Assembly (NCBI GenBank): GCA_902577875.1
Contig: CACHAX010000002.1
Location: forward strand, 1,040 to 65,039
Source: an uncultured Pelagibacteraceae bacterium
GTDB taxonomy: Bacteria; Pseudomonadota; Alphaproteobacteria; Pelagibacterales; Pelagibacteraceae
Direction: 5' to 3'
DNA length: 64,000 bases
The notes beneath the pieces are model-generated. The model was given only the letters and a program-made list of their open reading frames with translations, was not told the origin of the DNA and searched no databases. Below are positions 1-13,049 of the stretch, piece after piece. A program made the position numbers and the translations under genes. How positions within the stretch are numbered: position 1 is the first letter of the stretch; each line of letters starts with the position of its first letter.

Positions 1-315
1 ACAGAAAAACCTAAAGAAGACACAATAGATGGTTTAAAAATAAAAGTGAGATTGCTAAATAAAGATGACATTAAAGACAGAAATTTACCCAAAAATACAA
101 CAGGATTAGTTATCACAGAAATCGATAAAGATAGCCCAGTTAATTATCTTCAAGTAAATAATATTATAGTTGAAGCGCAAAAGAAAAAGATCAATACTAT
201 TGGAGATCTTGATAATATTGTAAAACTAGCTCTAAAAAGTAATGATAAAAGTTTACTTATCGCAATTTACAATAATAATAATCAAAGAAGATATATCGGT
301 GTTAAACTAAATTAA
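1..315 (+). CDS. degP: DegP/HtrA (Do family) serine protease, C-terminal PDZ region (partial, begins before window)
   Basis: Frame open from base 1; PDZ-like GLVITEIDKDSP..LQVNNII segment; position upstream of miaA-ilvI as in other alphaproteobacteria. Confidence 0.75.
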   Translation, partial: TEKPKEDTIDGLKIKVRLLNKDDIKDRNLPKNTTGLVITEIDKDSPVNYLQVNNIIVEAQKKKINTIGDLDNIVKLALKSNDKSLLIAIYNNNNQRRYIGVKLN

Positions 316-1235
316 TGGACCTAAAGTCCAAAATAATTCTTATTTCAGGACCAACAGCATCTGGAAAATCAAAATTTGCTATCAAGCTTGCAAAAAAAAT
401 TAATGGAGAAGTAATAAATGCAGATAGTATGCAAATATTTAAAGAACTTAAAATTCTTACGGCAAGACCTCAGCAAAATGATTTAAAAAATATAAAACAT
501 CATTTATACGGATTTAAAAGTGTAAAAAATAATTATTCCACAGGAAATTGGCTAAAGGATGCCAAATTAAAAATTGATAATATTAAGAAGAAAAATAAAA
601 CTCCAATTCTTGTTGGTGGTACAGGTTTATATTTTAAATCACTTATCGATGGTATTGTTAAAATTCCCGATATTCCACTCACTATTCGAAATAGAATAAG
701 AAAAAAACAATCAAAAATAGGACAAATTAAATTTTATTCTGAACTTATTAAGCTAGACCCACTTTGCAAAAAAAAAATTAACAAAAATGATTCTCAAAGA
801 TCAATAAGGGCCTATGAAGTAAAAAAGTTTACAAATAAATCTTTGTATGATTGGTATAGTGAAACATACTCTGATTATAATCAGGAAAGCTTTATAAAGC
901 TATATATCGATTATCCTAGAGATAAGTTAATTGAGAGAATTTTCTTAAGAACAAATGAAATGTTAAGAGATGGAGCAATAAAAGAGGCTAAGAGGTTTTA
1001 TAAATTACGAATAAAGAAAGATTTATCATCTAATAAAGTTATAGGTCTAAGTGAAATTAAAGATTACCTAGATAAAAGAATAAATATTAATGAACTGAAA
1101 GAAAAAATATCAATAAAAACAAGGCAATATGCCAAGAGACAGTCTACTTGGGCAAGAGGACAAATGTCTGATTGGCATAAAATAAAATTTGATGGACTTA
1201 ATTCATTTTTAAAAAAATTTCCTAAATCAGAATAG
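315..1235 (+). CDS. miaA: tRNA dimethylallyltransferase
   Basis: GPTASGKS P-loop, INADSMQ, VGGTGLY, TRQYAKRQ motifs. Confidence 0.97.
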   Translation: MDLKSKIILISGPTASGKSKFAIKLAKKINGEVINADSMQIFKELKILTARPQQNDLKNIKHHLYGFKSVKNNYSTGNWLKDAKLKIDNIKKKNKTPILVGGTGLYFKSLIDGIVKIPDIPLTIRNRIRKKQSKIGQIKFYSELIKLDPLCKKKINKNDSQRSIRAYEVKKFTNKSLYDWYSETYSDYNQESFIKLYIDYPRDKLIERIFLRTNEMLRDGAIKEAKRFYKLRIKKDLSSNKVIGLSEIKDYLDKRININELKEKISIKTRQYAKRQSTWARGQMSDWHKIKFDGLNSFLKKFPKSE

Positions 1236-1239
1236 ATTG

Positions 1240-1270
1240 CTTGACCTATTAGCACAACTTCAGCTAGATT
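1240..1270 (+). promoter_or_regulatory. Putative sigma70 promoter for ilvIHC, probably giving a leaderless or near-leaderless mRNA
   Basis: (C)TTGACC at 1240-1246, 18-nt spacer, TAGATT at 1265-1270; ATG at 1277 with no Shine-Dalgarno. Confidence 0.45.
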
Positions 1271-1276
1271 GTCTGA

Positions 1277-3043
1277 ATGTCAAAATTATACTCAGGTGCT
1301 GAAATTGTATTTAAGTGTATGGAGGATCAAAATGTTGATCATATTTTCGGTTATCCAGGTGGTGCTGTGCTTCCAATTTATGACGAATTACAAAATTTTA
1401 AATCAATTAAACATGTTTTAGTAAGACATGAACAAGGCGCAGGTCATGCCGCCGAAGGATATGCAAGATCATCAGGTAAACCAGGCATTATATTAGTAAC
1501 TTCAGGACCAGGTGCAACAAACGTGGTTACAGCTTTGACTGATGCGTATATGGATTCTATTCCACTAGTTTGTATCTCAGGACAAGTTCCAACTCACTTA
1601 ATTGGTACAGATGCATTTCAAGAATGTGACACCACTGGAATAACAAGACCTTGCACTAAACATAATTGGTTAGTCAAAGATATAAATGATTTAGCTGAAA
1701 CAATACATAAAGCATTTGAAGTAGCAACTACTGGTAGGCCAGGACCAGTTTTAGTTGATATACCAAAAGATATTCAATTTCAAAAAACAAAATATAATAG
1801 ACCAAAAAAAGAAAAAAAACTTAACGGTAAATCTCACAACCATTTTAATCAAAATAGTATAGATGATTTTATAGAATTAATGAGTAAATCTTCAAAACCT
1901 ATTTTTTATACTGGTGGTGGAGTGATTAATTCTGGACCTAAGGCTAGTGAACTTTTAAAAGAACTTGTTTATTTAACAGGTTTTCCTATTACATCAACTT
2001 TACAAGGATTGGGATCTTTCCCAGGCGATGATAATCAATTTTTGGGAATGTTAGGTATGCATGGAACTTATGAAGCAAATAATGCAATGCATGATTGTGA
2101 TTTGATGATCAACATTGGTGCACGTTTTGATGATAGGATAACAGGTAAAATAGATGAATTTTCACCAAATTCAAAAAAAGTTCACATTGATATAGATCCA
2201 TCATCTATTAATAAAAATGTTAAAGTTGATTTAGCTATTGTTGGAGATGTAAAAACTGTACTTTCATCTACTCTGAAAAGTTTAAAACAAAAAAAATCAA
2301 AATTTTTAAAATCAAATAAACAAAAAACTTCTAAATGGTGGGAAAAAATTCAAAAATGGAGATCAGTTAGATCTTTAGATTATATTGGAAGTGAAGAGAC
2401 CATAAAACCCCAATATGCAATTGAAAGATTATATGAATTAACTAAAGACAAAGACTCTTACATAACAACAGAAGTTGGACAGCACCAAATGTGGGCTGCA
2501 CAACATTATAAATTTAATAAACCAAATCGTTGGATGACATCTGGAGGCTTAGGTACTATGGGATATGGTTTACCAGCAGCAGTAGGTGTACAAGTCGCTC
2601 ATCCAAAAAAATTAGTTATTGATATTGCCGGAGAGGCTTCGGTTTTAATGACAATACAGGAAATGTCTACAGCCGTGCAATACAACCTTCCAATTAAAAT
2701 ATTTATTTTGAATAATCAATACATGGGCATGGTTAGACAATGGCAAGAACTTTTACATGATAAGAACTATTCTGAGAGTTATACCGCCGCACTACCAGAT
2801 TTTGTTAAATTAGCGGAAGCATATAACTGTGTTGGTATAAGAGCAAAAACTCCAGAAGAGTTAGACGATAAAATTATTGAAATGCTAAATACAGATAGAC
2901 CTGTAATATTTGATTGTATGGTTGACAAAGTAGAAAATTGTTTTCCAATGATACCATCAGGAAAGCCTCATAATCAGATGATTTTAGGGCCCAAAGATCA
3001 AGAAAGTAAGAAGATTACTGGCAAAGGTAAGTCCTTAGTTTAA
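1277..3043 (+). CDS. ilvI: Acetolactate synthase large subunit
   Basis: FGYPGGAVLPIYD, RHEQGAGH, TSGPGATN, SGGLGTMGYG motifs. Confidence 0.97.
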   Translation: MSKLYSGAEIVFKCMEDQNVDHIFGYPGGAVLPIYDELQNFKSIKHVLVRHEQGAGHAAEGYARSSGKPGIILVTSGPGATNVVTALTDAYMDSIPLVCISGQVPTHLIGTDAFQECDTTGITRPCTKHNWLVKDINDLAETIHKAFEVATTGRPGPVLVDIPKDIQFQKTKYNRPKKEKKLNGKSHNHFNQNSIDDFIELMSKSSKPIFYTGGGVINSGPKASELLKELVYLTGFPITSTLQGLGSFPGDDNQFLGMLGMHGTYEANNAMHDCDLMINIGARFDDRITGKIDEFSPNSKKVHIDIDPSSINKNVKVDLAIVGDVKTVLSSTLKSLKQKKSKFLKSNKQKTSKWWEKIQKWRSVRSLDYIGSEETIKPQYAIERLYELTKDKDSYITTEVGQHQMWAAQHYKFNKPNRWMTSGGLGTMGYGLPAAVGVQVAHPKKLVIDIAGEASVLMTIQEMSTAVQYNLPIKIFILNNQYMGMVRQWQELLHDKNYSESYTAALPDFVKLAEAYNCVGIRAKTPEELDDKIIEMLNTDRPVIFDCMVDKVENCFPMIPSGKPHNQMILGPKDQESKKITGKGKSLV

Positions 3044-3591
3044 TGCCTAATTCAAAATCAGCATATAGTTTTTCAAATAAAAAAGAGAAATTTGATACAC
3101 ATATTATAGTCGTTTGGGTAGACAATGAAGCCGGTGTATTGGCTAGAGTAGTCGGTCTATTTTCTGGTAGAGGTTATAATATTGAATCTTTAGCAGTTGC
3201 CCAAGTTGATGAAAAGTTAAAGATATCAAGGATAACAATTGTAACCACAGGAACACCACAAGTTGTTAATCAAATTAAACTTCAATTGAGAAAGCTTGTG
3301 CCTGTTCATAAAGTTGCAGATTTTAAAAGAGAAGATAAAGCAGTCATTTTTAAGGAGATGGCATTATTTAAAATTGTAGGTCCAAATAATAAATTAGAAG
3401 GTGCATTGAAAGCTTGTAAAAAATATAATCCTGTAATACTAGACAAAACTAAACAATCAAATGTTATTCAAATAACAGCTTTAAGACGAGAAATAGATAA
3501 AATGGCAAACGATTTAAAAAAATTTGGATTGGTGAGTGTTTCAAGAACAGGAGCCGTAGCTATGACAAGAGGTGCAGATATATTTAAATAA
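3043..3591 (+). CDS. ilvH: Acetolactate synthase small (regulatory) subunit
   Basis: ACT domain DNEAGVLARVVGLFSGRGYNIESL; coupled to ilvI by TAATG overlap. Confidence 0.95.
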   Translation: MPNSKSAYSFSNKKEKFDTHIIVVWVDNEAGVLARVVGLFSGRGYNIESLAVAQVDEKLKISRITIVTTGTPQVVNQIKLQLRKLVPVHKVADFKREDKAVIFKEMALFKIVGPNNKLEGALKACKKYNPVILDKTKQSNVIQITALRREIDKMANDLKKFGLVSVSRTGAVAMTRGADIFK

Positions 3592-3599
3592 TTAATTAG

Positions 3600-4631
<1,032 letters not shown>

Positions 4632-4714
4632 CTTAATCTTAAAATTGGTCTTATTGACCAAATTATTTTGCAATCTGAGCGAGAGCATGTATTATGCTCG
4701 AGCTAAAAAATACT

Positions 4715-6289
4715 ATGTCAGATAAAGAAAAATTATACATATTTGATACGACAATGCGAGATGGCGAACAATCACCAGGCGCATCTATGAGTGTCGAAGA
4801 GAAAATTCAGATATCTAGAGTATTTGACGAAATGGGAATAGACATTGTTGAAGCAGGATTTCCAATTGCTTCACCAGGGGACTTTGAGGCAGTCTCCGAA
4901 ATAAGCAAAATAATGAAAAACTCAATTCCATGTGGTCTTTCAAGAGCATTAAAAAAAGACATTGATGCATGTCATGAATCTTTAAAACATGCCACAAGAT
5001 TTAGAATTCATACTTTTATTTCAACAAGCCCATTACACATGAAACACAAACTTGAAATGACTAACGAGCAGGTTTTAGATGCAATTAAAGAAAGTGTTAC
5101 TTATGCAAGAAATTTTACTGATGATGTCGAGTGGTCTTGTGAGGATGGAACAAGAACTGATTTAGATTTTATGTGTAAAACAGTTGAACTTGCAATTAAA
5201 TGTGGAGCTAAAACTATAAATATTCCAGATACTGTTGGATATTCTATACCTGAAGAATTTGCAAAAACAATTAAACATCTTAAAAATAATGTTCCAAATA
5301 TAGATAAAGCAATATTATCTGCACACTGTCACAACGATCTTGGTTTAGCAGTCGCAAATGCGTTAGCTGGAGTTTCTGAGGGAGTAAGACAAATAGAATG
5401 TACAATAAATGGAATAGGTGAAAGAGCAGGAAATGCTGCGTTAGAAGAAGTAGTTATGGCAATTAAAACAAGAAATGATTTGATGCCGTACGATACAGGC
5501 ATTAAAACAGAATTAATAAGCAAAGCTTCAAAAATAGTTTCAAATGCAACAGGTTTTCCAGTTCAATTTAATAAAGCAATAGTTGGAAAAAATGCTTTTG
5601 CTCATGAATCTGGAATTCATCAAGATGGAATGTTAAAGAATAGAGAGACTTATGAAATTATGACGCCAGAAAGTGTTGGAGTAAAGAAAACATCTTTAGT
5701 AATGGGAAAACATTCTGGAAGACATGCTTTTAAAGACAAATTATCTGACTTAGGTTATTCAGATATTACAGATGATATTATCCAAGTTGCATTTGGAAAA
5801 TTTAAAGTTTTAGCTGACAAAAAGAAGCATATATACGATGAAGACATAGTTGCTTTAGTTGACGATAGCTTAATTGTAGATAATAAAATTAATGCAATTA
5901 ATTTGAAATCTTTAAAAGTATTTGCTGGTACAGGAGAGCCTCAAAAAGCTGAAATGACATTAGATGTATACGGTGATATCAAGAATACAGTTGAAACAGG
6001 GGATGGACCAGTTGATGCTATATTTAAATGTATAAAAAAATTGTTTCCTCATGATGTAAAATTATCTTTATACCAAGTTCATGCAGTAACAGAAGGCACA
6101 GATGCCCAGGCAACTGTTAGTGTGAAAATCGAAGAAAATGACAGGACAACCGTAGGTCAATCAGCTGATACTGACACTTTAGTTGCATCAGCGAATGCAT
6201 ATTTAAATGCATTGAATAAAATGCTTATAAAACGTGAGAAAAAAGCACCATCTCAAAATATTAAACATCAAAAAGTGAAAGGAATATAA
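4715..6289 (+). CDS. leuA: 2-isopropylmalate synthase (start likely 4715; ORF track starts 4694)
   Basis: [33 protein letters not shown]-terminal regulatory domain (GDGPVDA). Confidence 0.97.
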   Translation: MSDKEKLYIFDTTMRDGEQSPGASMSVEEKIQISRVFDEMGIDIVEAGFPIASPGDFEAVSEISKIMKNSIPCGLSRALKKDIDACHESLKHATRFRIHTFISTSPLHMKHKLEMTNEQVLDAIKESVTYARNFTDDVEWSCEDGTRTDLDFMCKTVELAIKCGAKTINIPDTVGYSIPEEFAKTIKHLKNNVPNIDKAILSAHCHNDLGLAVANALAGVSEGVRQIECTINGIGERAGNAALEEVVMAIKTRNDLMPYDTGIKTELISKASKIVSNATGFPVQFNKAIVGKNAFAHESGIHQDGMLKNRETYEIMTPESVGVKKTSLVMGKHSGRHAFKDKLSDLGYSDITDDIIQVAFGKFKVLADKKKHIYDEDIVALVDDSLIVDNKINAINLKSLKVFAGTGEPQKAEMTLDVYGDIKNTVETGDGPVDAIFKCIKKLFPHDVKLSLYQVHAVTEGTDAQATVSVKIEENDRTTVGQSADTDTLVASANAYLNALNKMLIKREKKAPSQNIKHQKVKGI

Positions 6290-6293
6290 TTAA

Positions 6294-7325
<1,032 letters not shown>

Positions 7326-7330
7326 ATATT

Positions 7331-8167
7331 ATGTCAACAGAATCGAGTAGAGATGATTTCATTATTGCTATTCGTTCAGCATTTCTAAAAAAAGGAAATA
7401 GACAAAAGTTTTCCTTATTTACTCTATTAATTATATCAATTTTAGTTTTATCATTAGAGTATTTTAAAACTGGTCCAGTTAATCAATTTAGGTCTATTAC
7501 AAAAGATATAATATTTAGAGGTTCACATGTTGTATCTAGCCCATTTAAATATGTAAAAGACAAATACTACCTCTTCCAAGATCACATGAGTATGTATGAA
7601 GAGTTTTCAGCTCTAAGAGATAAGGATCTTGATCTTGACTCACTTAGAAAAGAAGTTGATTTTTATAAATCAGAAAATGCTCTTTTAAAACAATTGATAG
7701 AGGAAAGAGATCTCTTTTCTAAAGAGTATATGTTAACTAAGATTTTATTGGATAAACAAAGTCCTTATTTAAAATCTCTAATAATTAACAAAGGTCAAAA
7801 AAATGGAGTTAAATTAGGATCAGCTGTTAAAGATCGATTATATTATATTGGAAAGGTTGTAAATGTTAACTTTTTGAGTTCCAGAGTATTGCTGGCTAAT
7901 GATCTTAATAGTAAAATCCCAATCATTATTGAGCCAAGTGGCATCAATGCAATACTCTCAGGAAATGGAAATGATGAATACGCAGAGCTAGAGTACCTAC
8001 CAAAAGAAAATGAAATAAAACAAAATGAAATTGTTTATACCTCTGGGTCAGATGGCACAATTCCAGCCTCAATTCCTGTTGGAAAAATAATTATTCAAGA
8101 TAATAAAAAGTATGTGAAGTTTTTTAGCAACTTAAATCAATTAAATTATGTTCAGGTAAATAAATAA
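7331..8167 (+). CDS. mreC: Rod shape-determining protein MreC
   Basis: N-terminal TM, coiled coil, INKG..G and YTSG motifs; position after mreB. Confidence 0.92.
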   Translation: MSTESSRDDFIIAIRSAFLKKGNRQKFSLFTLLIISILVLSLEYFKTGPVNQFRSITKDIIFRGSHVVSSPFKYVKDKYYLFQDHMSMYEEFSALRDKDLDLDSLRKEVDFYKSENALLKQLIEERDLFSKEYMLTKILLDKQSPYLKSLIINKGQKNGVKLGSAVKDRLYYIGKVVNVNFLSSRVLLANDLNSKIPIIIEPSGINAILSGNGNDEYAELEYLPKENEIKQNEIVYTSGSDGTIPASIPVGKIIIQDNKKYVKFFSNLNQLNYVQVNK

Positions 8168-8168
8168 A

Positions 8169-8690
8169 ATGGCTAGAGGTGATATAAAATTTTATCAATT
8201 TTTATTAAATAGTTTTCCTATAATTTTATTATTTTTTTTTGCTTTGACGGGCTACTCATTTTCATTTCAAATTTTCAAAATTAATATATCTTTTAATTTT
8301 ATTCACTTAATAGTTTTTTATTGGGTTTTAAGGAAACCTGAAATGCTTGGATATGGCCTTATTTTTTTTGCAGGTGTAATTAATGATGTTGTTCAAAACT
8401 TACCTATTGGAGTTTCATCAATAAATTATCTTTTGCTTTGTGTCGTCGCATCTTTTTTTAGGGCTAGAACTTTAGTTCCTAATCTAATTTATGATTGGAT
8501 ATTATTCTTTATTGCAATATTAATTGTTAGCTCAATTCATTTTACAGTGTTAGCAATTTTCTTTGATGGAAGTATTAGTTATAGAGCTTTAATGTCAACT
8601 GCCTTTTTTTCATTTTTAATTTATCCAGCGGTGGCAAAATTATTTAATCAAATTTATTTACTAGGTTTAAAACAAAAAAATGTTGAATAG
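8169..8690 (+). CDS. mreD: Rod shape-determining protein MreD
   Basis: Polytopic membrane protein between mreC and mrdA; YW..RKP and G..D motifs. Confidence 0.85.
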   Translation: MARGDIKFYQFLLNSFPIILLFFFALTGYSFSFQIFKINISFNFIHLIVFYWVLRKPEMLGYGLIFFAGVINDVVQNLPIGVSSINYLLLCVVASFFRARTLVPNLIYDWILFFIAILIVSSIHFTVLAIFFDGSISYRALMSTAFFSFLIYPAVAKLFNQIYLLGLKQKNVE

Positions 8691-10629
8691 AGGAAGAAAT
8701 ATTGAAAAGGGTAGAGTTATAACAAGAAGGATGTTTATACTAGCTGCAGCAAAAGTATTGCTTTTTGCTGGTATTTCATCAAGATTATATAATTTACAAA
8801 TTTCTGATAGAGAAAAATATGAAATTTTATCTGATAAAAATAGAATACGTGAGTGGAAAACGCCTCCTCAGAGAGGAATAATTGTAGATAACTTTAATAA
8901 AGTACTAGCAAGTAATGATAGAGTTTTTCAGCTACACTTAATGTTAGATGAAATTGATGACTTTGATGTAACAATATTTAAAATTAAAAATTTAATTGGA
9001 TTAGATAAGTTTCAAGTAAAAAAATTATATAAAAAAAAAGAAAGATTAAAACCATGGGATACTTTGGTAGTTTCAGATAATTTAACTTGGGAACAATTCT
9101 CAAAAATTAATTTATATTTACACGAATTAGAAGGTGCAAAACCTGTATTATCAACATCTAGGTTCTATCCCTATTCAAATGACTTAGTTCATGTAGTTGG
9201 TTATGTTGGTGATGCTAGTCCAAAAGATCTTGAAAAACCAGAGATAAAAGAAAATTTTGTTCCAGGTCTAAAAGTGGGAAAATATGGAATAGAAAATTCA
9301 CAAGAGAAAATGTTAATAGGTAACTATGGTATTAAAAGATATGAAGTTAATGCGTCTGGAAAAAGAATAAGCCAAATAGACTATATTAAAGAAAGACAGG
9401 GCAATAAAGTAAACTTAACTGTAGATATTGAAATTCAAAAATTTGCCCAAGAGCTACTTAAAGGAAAAGCAGGCTCAATATGTGCAATGGATATTTATAC
9501 CGGTGAATTAGTTGCAATGGCATCATCACCAACATATGATCCAAACAAATTTACGCATGGAATTAATCAGAAAGATTGGCAAGAAATCAGAAATAATCCT
9601 TTAAAACCTTTGATAAATAAGTCTATTGCTGGACTTTATTCTCCTGGTTCAACTTTTAAGCCATTAGTTGCTCTTGCAGCTTTAGAGTATGGAATATTAG
9701 ATCCTAATAAAACAATAAGATGTAAGGGTCACAAGCATCCATATGAATTATACGGAGTAAAATATCATTGTTGGAAAAAAGAAGGACATGGATATATGAA
9801 ATTGAGAAATGCGATCAAACAATCTTGCGATATATACTTTTATGAAATGGCAAGATTACTTGGGGTTGATAAATTATCAATAATTGCAAAAAGATATGGT
9901 CTTGGAACTAATGTGCTCGGAGATCTCTATAATGATGAAAAAAGTGGTTTAGTACCGGATACGAAATGGAAAAGACGTGTATTGGAGCAAAGTTGGTATT
10001 TAGGAGAAACTGTTATCAATGGTATAGGACAGGGCTATATTCAAACTACACCGCTTCAACTTTGTCTAATGACTGCGCAAATTGCAAATGGAGGATATAA
10101 AATAAAACCTCATATCATAAAAGATGATTCTATAAATTATAAGGATGTAATAAATAAAATTAAAATAGATCAATCTGGTTTCCCATTACATGAAAGAAAT
10201 TACTTAGATGATATAAACGTTGAATATTACCAAAGAATGTATCACAAAAAGTCTAATATTAATTTTGTATTAGATGCAATGTTTGGTTCTACAAATGAAC
10301 AATATGGAACTTCATATAAATCTCGATACGATGATCCCAAGTATCAATTTGCTGGGAAAACTGGAACATCACAGGTAAGAAGAATTACTGATCTTGATAG
10401 AGAATTAGATTTAGATACTGAACAAATTGAATACAGAAAAAGAGATCATGCGTTATATGTAGCTTTCGCTCCATACAAGGATCCAAGATATGCAATAAGT
10501 GTAATTATTGAACACGGAGGCTCTGGTAGCAAGGCTGCAGCTCCACTTGCAAGTAAATTAATTAAAAGAATTATTGACAGACATAAATTAAGAGAACAAT
10601 TTAATAATGGAAAAACAAGTTTAGCATAA
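8680..10629 (+). CDS. mrdA: Penicillin-binding protein 2
   Basis: PGSTFK (SxxK), SCD (SxN variant), GKTGT; N-terminal TM. Confidence 0.96.
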   Translation: MLNRGRNIEKGRVITRRMFILAAAKVLLFAGISSRLYNLQISDREKYEILSDKNRIREWKTPPQRGIIVDNFNKVLASNDRVFQLHLMLDEIDDFDVTIFKIKNLIGLDKFQVKKLYKKKERLKPWDTLVVSDNLTWEQFSKINLYLHELEGAKPVLSTSRFYPYSNDLVHVVGYVGDASPKDLEKPEIKENFVPGLKVGKYGIENSQEKMLIGNYGIKRYEVNASGKRISQIDYIKERQGNKVNLTVDIEIQKFAQELLKGKAGSICAMDIYTGELVAMASSPTYDPNKFTHGINQKDWQEIRNNPLKPLINKSIAGLYSPGSTFKPLVALAALEYGILDPNKTIRCKGHKHPYELYGVKYHCWKKEGHGYMKLRNAIKQSCDIYFYEMARLLGVDKLSIIAKRYGLGTNVLGDLYNDEKSGLVPDTKWKRRVLEQSWYLGETVINGIGQGYIQTTPLQLCLMTAQIANGGYKIKPHIIKDDSINYKDVINKIKIDQSGFPLHERNYLDDINVEYYQRMYHKKSNINFVLDAMFGSTNEQYGTSYKSRYDDPKYQFAGKTGTSQVRRITDLDRELDLDTEQIEYRKRDHALYVAFAPYKDPRYAISVIIEHGGSGSKAAAPLASKLIKRIIDRHKLREQFNNGKTSLA

Positions 10630-11759
10630 TGTTAAGAGAGAGAATACAAGCTAGCAATTATAGTTTTTTAGATAAATTAAGATCTATTGATTATTTATTA
10701 ATTTTACTAATAATTGCTATAGGATCAATAAGTATATTTGCAATTTACTCAACAGAAGGAGGTAAATTTTCTTTTTACACAAAAAATCATATAATTAGAT
10801 TATCTGTATTTTTTAGTTTATTTTTGGTTTTATCTTTTGTCAGAGTTTCAACCTGGTATAAAAATGCTTACTTATTTTATATTATTGGATTGATTTTATT
10901 AATAACAGTTTTATTTTTTGGAATTTCAGCATCTGGTGCAACAAGATGGATAAATTTATATTTTTTAAATTTACAACCGTCAGAATTAATGAAGATTGCT
11001 GTGATAATATGTTTTGCAAGATATTATCATAGAATTCAAAGCTCAGATATTCAAAGCTATAAGTTTTTAATTCAACCAATTATTCTTTTAATAATCCCTT
11101 GTTATCTTGTGATACAGCAGCCTGATTTAGGGACTTCTATTTTAATTGCAGGAAGTGGTATTGCTATAATTTGGCTCGCAGGATTAAATATTAAATACTT
11201 TGTTTACTCAGGTTTGTTGTTATTGGTCTCATTACCTTTTGCTATATCTGTTTTAAAACCTTATCAAAAATCTAGAATTCTAACTTTCTTTAATCCTGAT
11301 AGAGACCCTTTGGGAGCTGGATATCAAATAATTCAATCTAAAATAGCTATTGGATCAGGCGGTTTTTTTGGAAAAGGATACTTAAAAGGAACTCAAAGTT
11401 ATCTTGAATTTTTACCCGAAAAACACACCGACTTTATATTTACACTTTTTTCTGAAGAGTTTGGGTTTCTTGGGTCAATTATACTTTTATTTTTGTACAT
11501 ATTATTAATTTATAGAATAATAAATGTTGGACTAGTCTCAAGGAGCTTCTTTGCAAAATTATATTGCTTTGGTTTTGCTACAGCAATTTTCTTATATGTA
11601 TTTGTTAATATAGCGATGGTTTTAGGAATGTTACCAATTGTTGGTGCACCATTGCCCATAATGTCTTATGGTGGATCATCTTTGTTATCTATTATGTTGG
11701 GACTGAGTATTGTTATGAGTTGTAAAATTTATAATCAGGAACAGATATCAGTTTATTAG
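10629..11759 (+). CDS. rodA: SEDS glycosyltransferase RodA
   Basis: QPSE, QPDLGT, PEKHTDFIF, SYGGSS. Confidence 0.96.
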   Translation: MLRERIQASNYSFLDKLRSIDYLLILLIIAIGSISIFAIYSTEGGKFSFYTKNHIIRLSVFFSLFLVLSFVRVSTWYKNAYLFYIIGLILLITVLFFGISASGATRWINLYFLNLQPSELMKIAVIICFARYYHRIQSSDIQSYKFLIQPIILLIIPCYLVIQQPDLGTSILIAGSGIAIIWLAGLNIKYFVYSGLLLLVSLPFAISVLKPYQKSRILTFFNPDRDPLGAGYQIIQSKIAIGSGGFFGKGYLKGTQSYLEFLPEKHTDFIFTLFSEEFGFLGSIILLFLYILLIYRIINVGLVSRSFFAKLYCFGFATAIFLYVFVNIAMVLGMLPIVGAPLPIMSYGGSSLLSIMLGLSIVMSCKIYNQEQISVY

Positions 11760-13049
11760 TTATTTTCCATCTATGGCAACAATTGTTAAATCATCTTTTT
11801 GTATGTGACCTGTACCCAGAATATCATCTATCATAGTTTTAAGTCTTTCATTAATTGGAGTTGATTGATATTTTTTTATATAATTTTCAAAACCTTCAGA
11901 TCCTAACATTTCACCACTTGGATTTTTTATTTCAGTAATTCCGTCGGTAAAAATATACATAGAGCTATTTTCAAACGGTATAGTATGTTCAGGATATTGC
12001 GTTTTTGGCATTATTCCCAAAGGTGGTCCAGCCTCAGAGAAATTAGTAAAAGTTCCATCAGCTGATAATATCAATGGTGGCTCATGACCTGCACTTGATA
12101 AGAGTAATTCTTTTTTGTTTGAGTCATATATTCCAATTAACATTGTAACAAACATACCTCTCGAAATTGTTTCGCATATTTCATTATTTAGCTGAAATAA
12201 TAATTCAGATGCAGAAAAGTTAGTTTTACTTAAGCATCTGTATAGACTTGACGCTTTTGACATCAACAATGATGACTTAATACCTTTTCCAGATACGTCT
12301 GCTACCCCAAATCCATATTTTCCATTTCCAAGATCTGAAAAATTATAAAAGTCACCTGAGACAACTTTAGCAGGAATATTAATTCCTGAAATTGGAAAGT
12401 CTTTTTCTTTATTTTTTGATAATAAAGACCTTTGAATTTCACCAACTATTTCTACTTCCTTTTGTATTTTATTTTTTTCAACCATTTCTTTTGCCATCTT
12501 TGCATTTCTAATTGCTAAAGCAGCAGGTGCAGAAAGTGTTTCTAAAAGTTTTCTATCATCTTCAATAAATAATTTATCTTCAGTTTTTTTATTTAAACAA
12601 TGAATTACTCCTATACATTCATTCGCAGCAATCAATGGTGAGCATAATACAGAATAAGTTGTAAAATTTGTTTTATTATCTAAATCAAAATAAAATTCTG
12701 CTATTTCTCTAACGTCCTTTCTTACATTACCTACTCGAATACATTTTCTTTGCTGTACAGCTTTACCCATAACTCCATCTTTTAAATCCAATTCATATTC
12801 ATCCAAATAATCTTGATGTAGTGATGCAATACATTCAAATTTTTTCTTTTGTTCATTTATTAAAAAAATGTTTGCAGCTTCTGCATTTAGTCTAGCTATG
12901 ATAACCCGCAATGCATTCATCAGGGTGTCATTTAAATCAAGAGATAAAGCAAAATCTTGATTCATTTTTGTAACAAGCTCTAAATCAACATTAACTTGTT
13001 CAGCTTCTTTTTTAGGTTCAATCGGTTTTTTTGATTTAAATAGAAACAT
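11760..13049 (-). CDS. GAF + SpoIIE/PP2C phosphatase (RsbU/RsbP-like)
   Basis: GAF (SVLCSPL..IGVIHCLNK..F..DD..LL..L..AALAIRNA) followed by PP2C motifs VSGDFY, ADVSGKG, FTDGITE, DDLT. Confidence 0.93.
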   Translation of the reverse strand: MFLFKSKKPIEPKKEAEQVNVDLELVTKMNQDFALSLDLNDTLMNALRVIIARLNAEAANIFLINEQKKKFECIASLHQDYLDEYELDLKDGVMGKAVQQRKCIRVGNVRKDVREIAEFYFDLDNKTNFTTYSVLCSPLIAANECIGVIHCLNKKTEDKLFIEDDRKLLETLSAPAALAIRNAKMAKEMVEKNKIQKEVEIVGEIQRSLLSKNKEKDFPISGINIPAKVVSGDFYNFSDLGNGKYGFGVADVSGKGIKSSLLMSKASSLYRCLSKTNFSASELLFQLNNEICETISRGMFVTMLIGIYDSNKKELLLSSAGHEPPLILSADGTFTNFSEAGPPLGIMPKTQYPEHTIPFENSSMYIFTDGITEIKNPSGEMLGSEGFENYIKKYQSTPINERLKTMIDDILGTGHIQKDDLTIVAIDGK

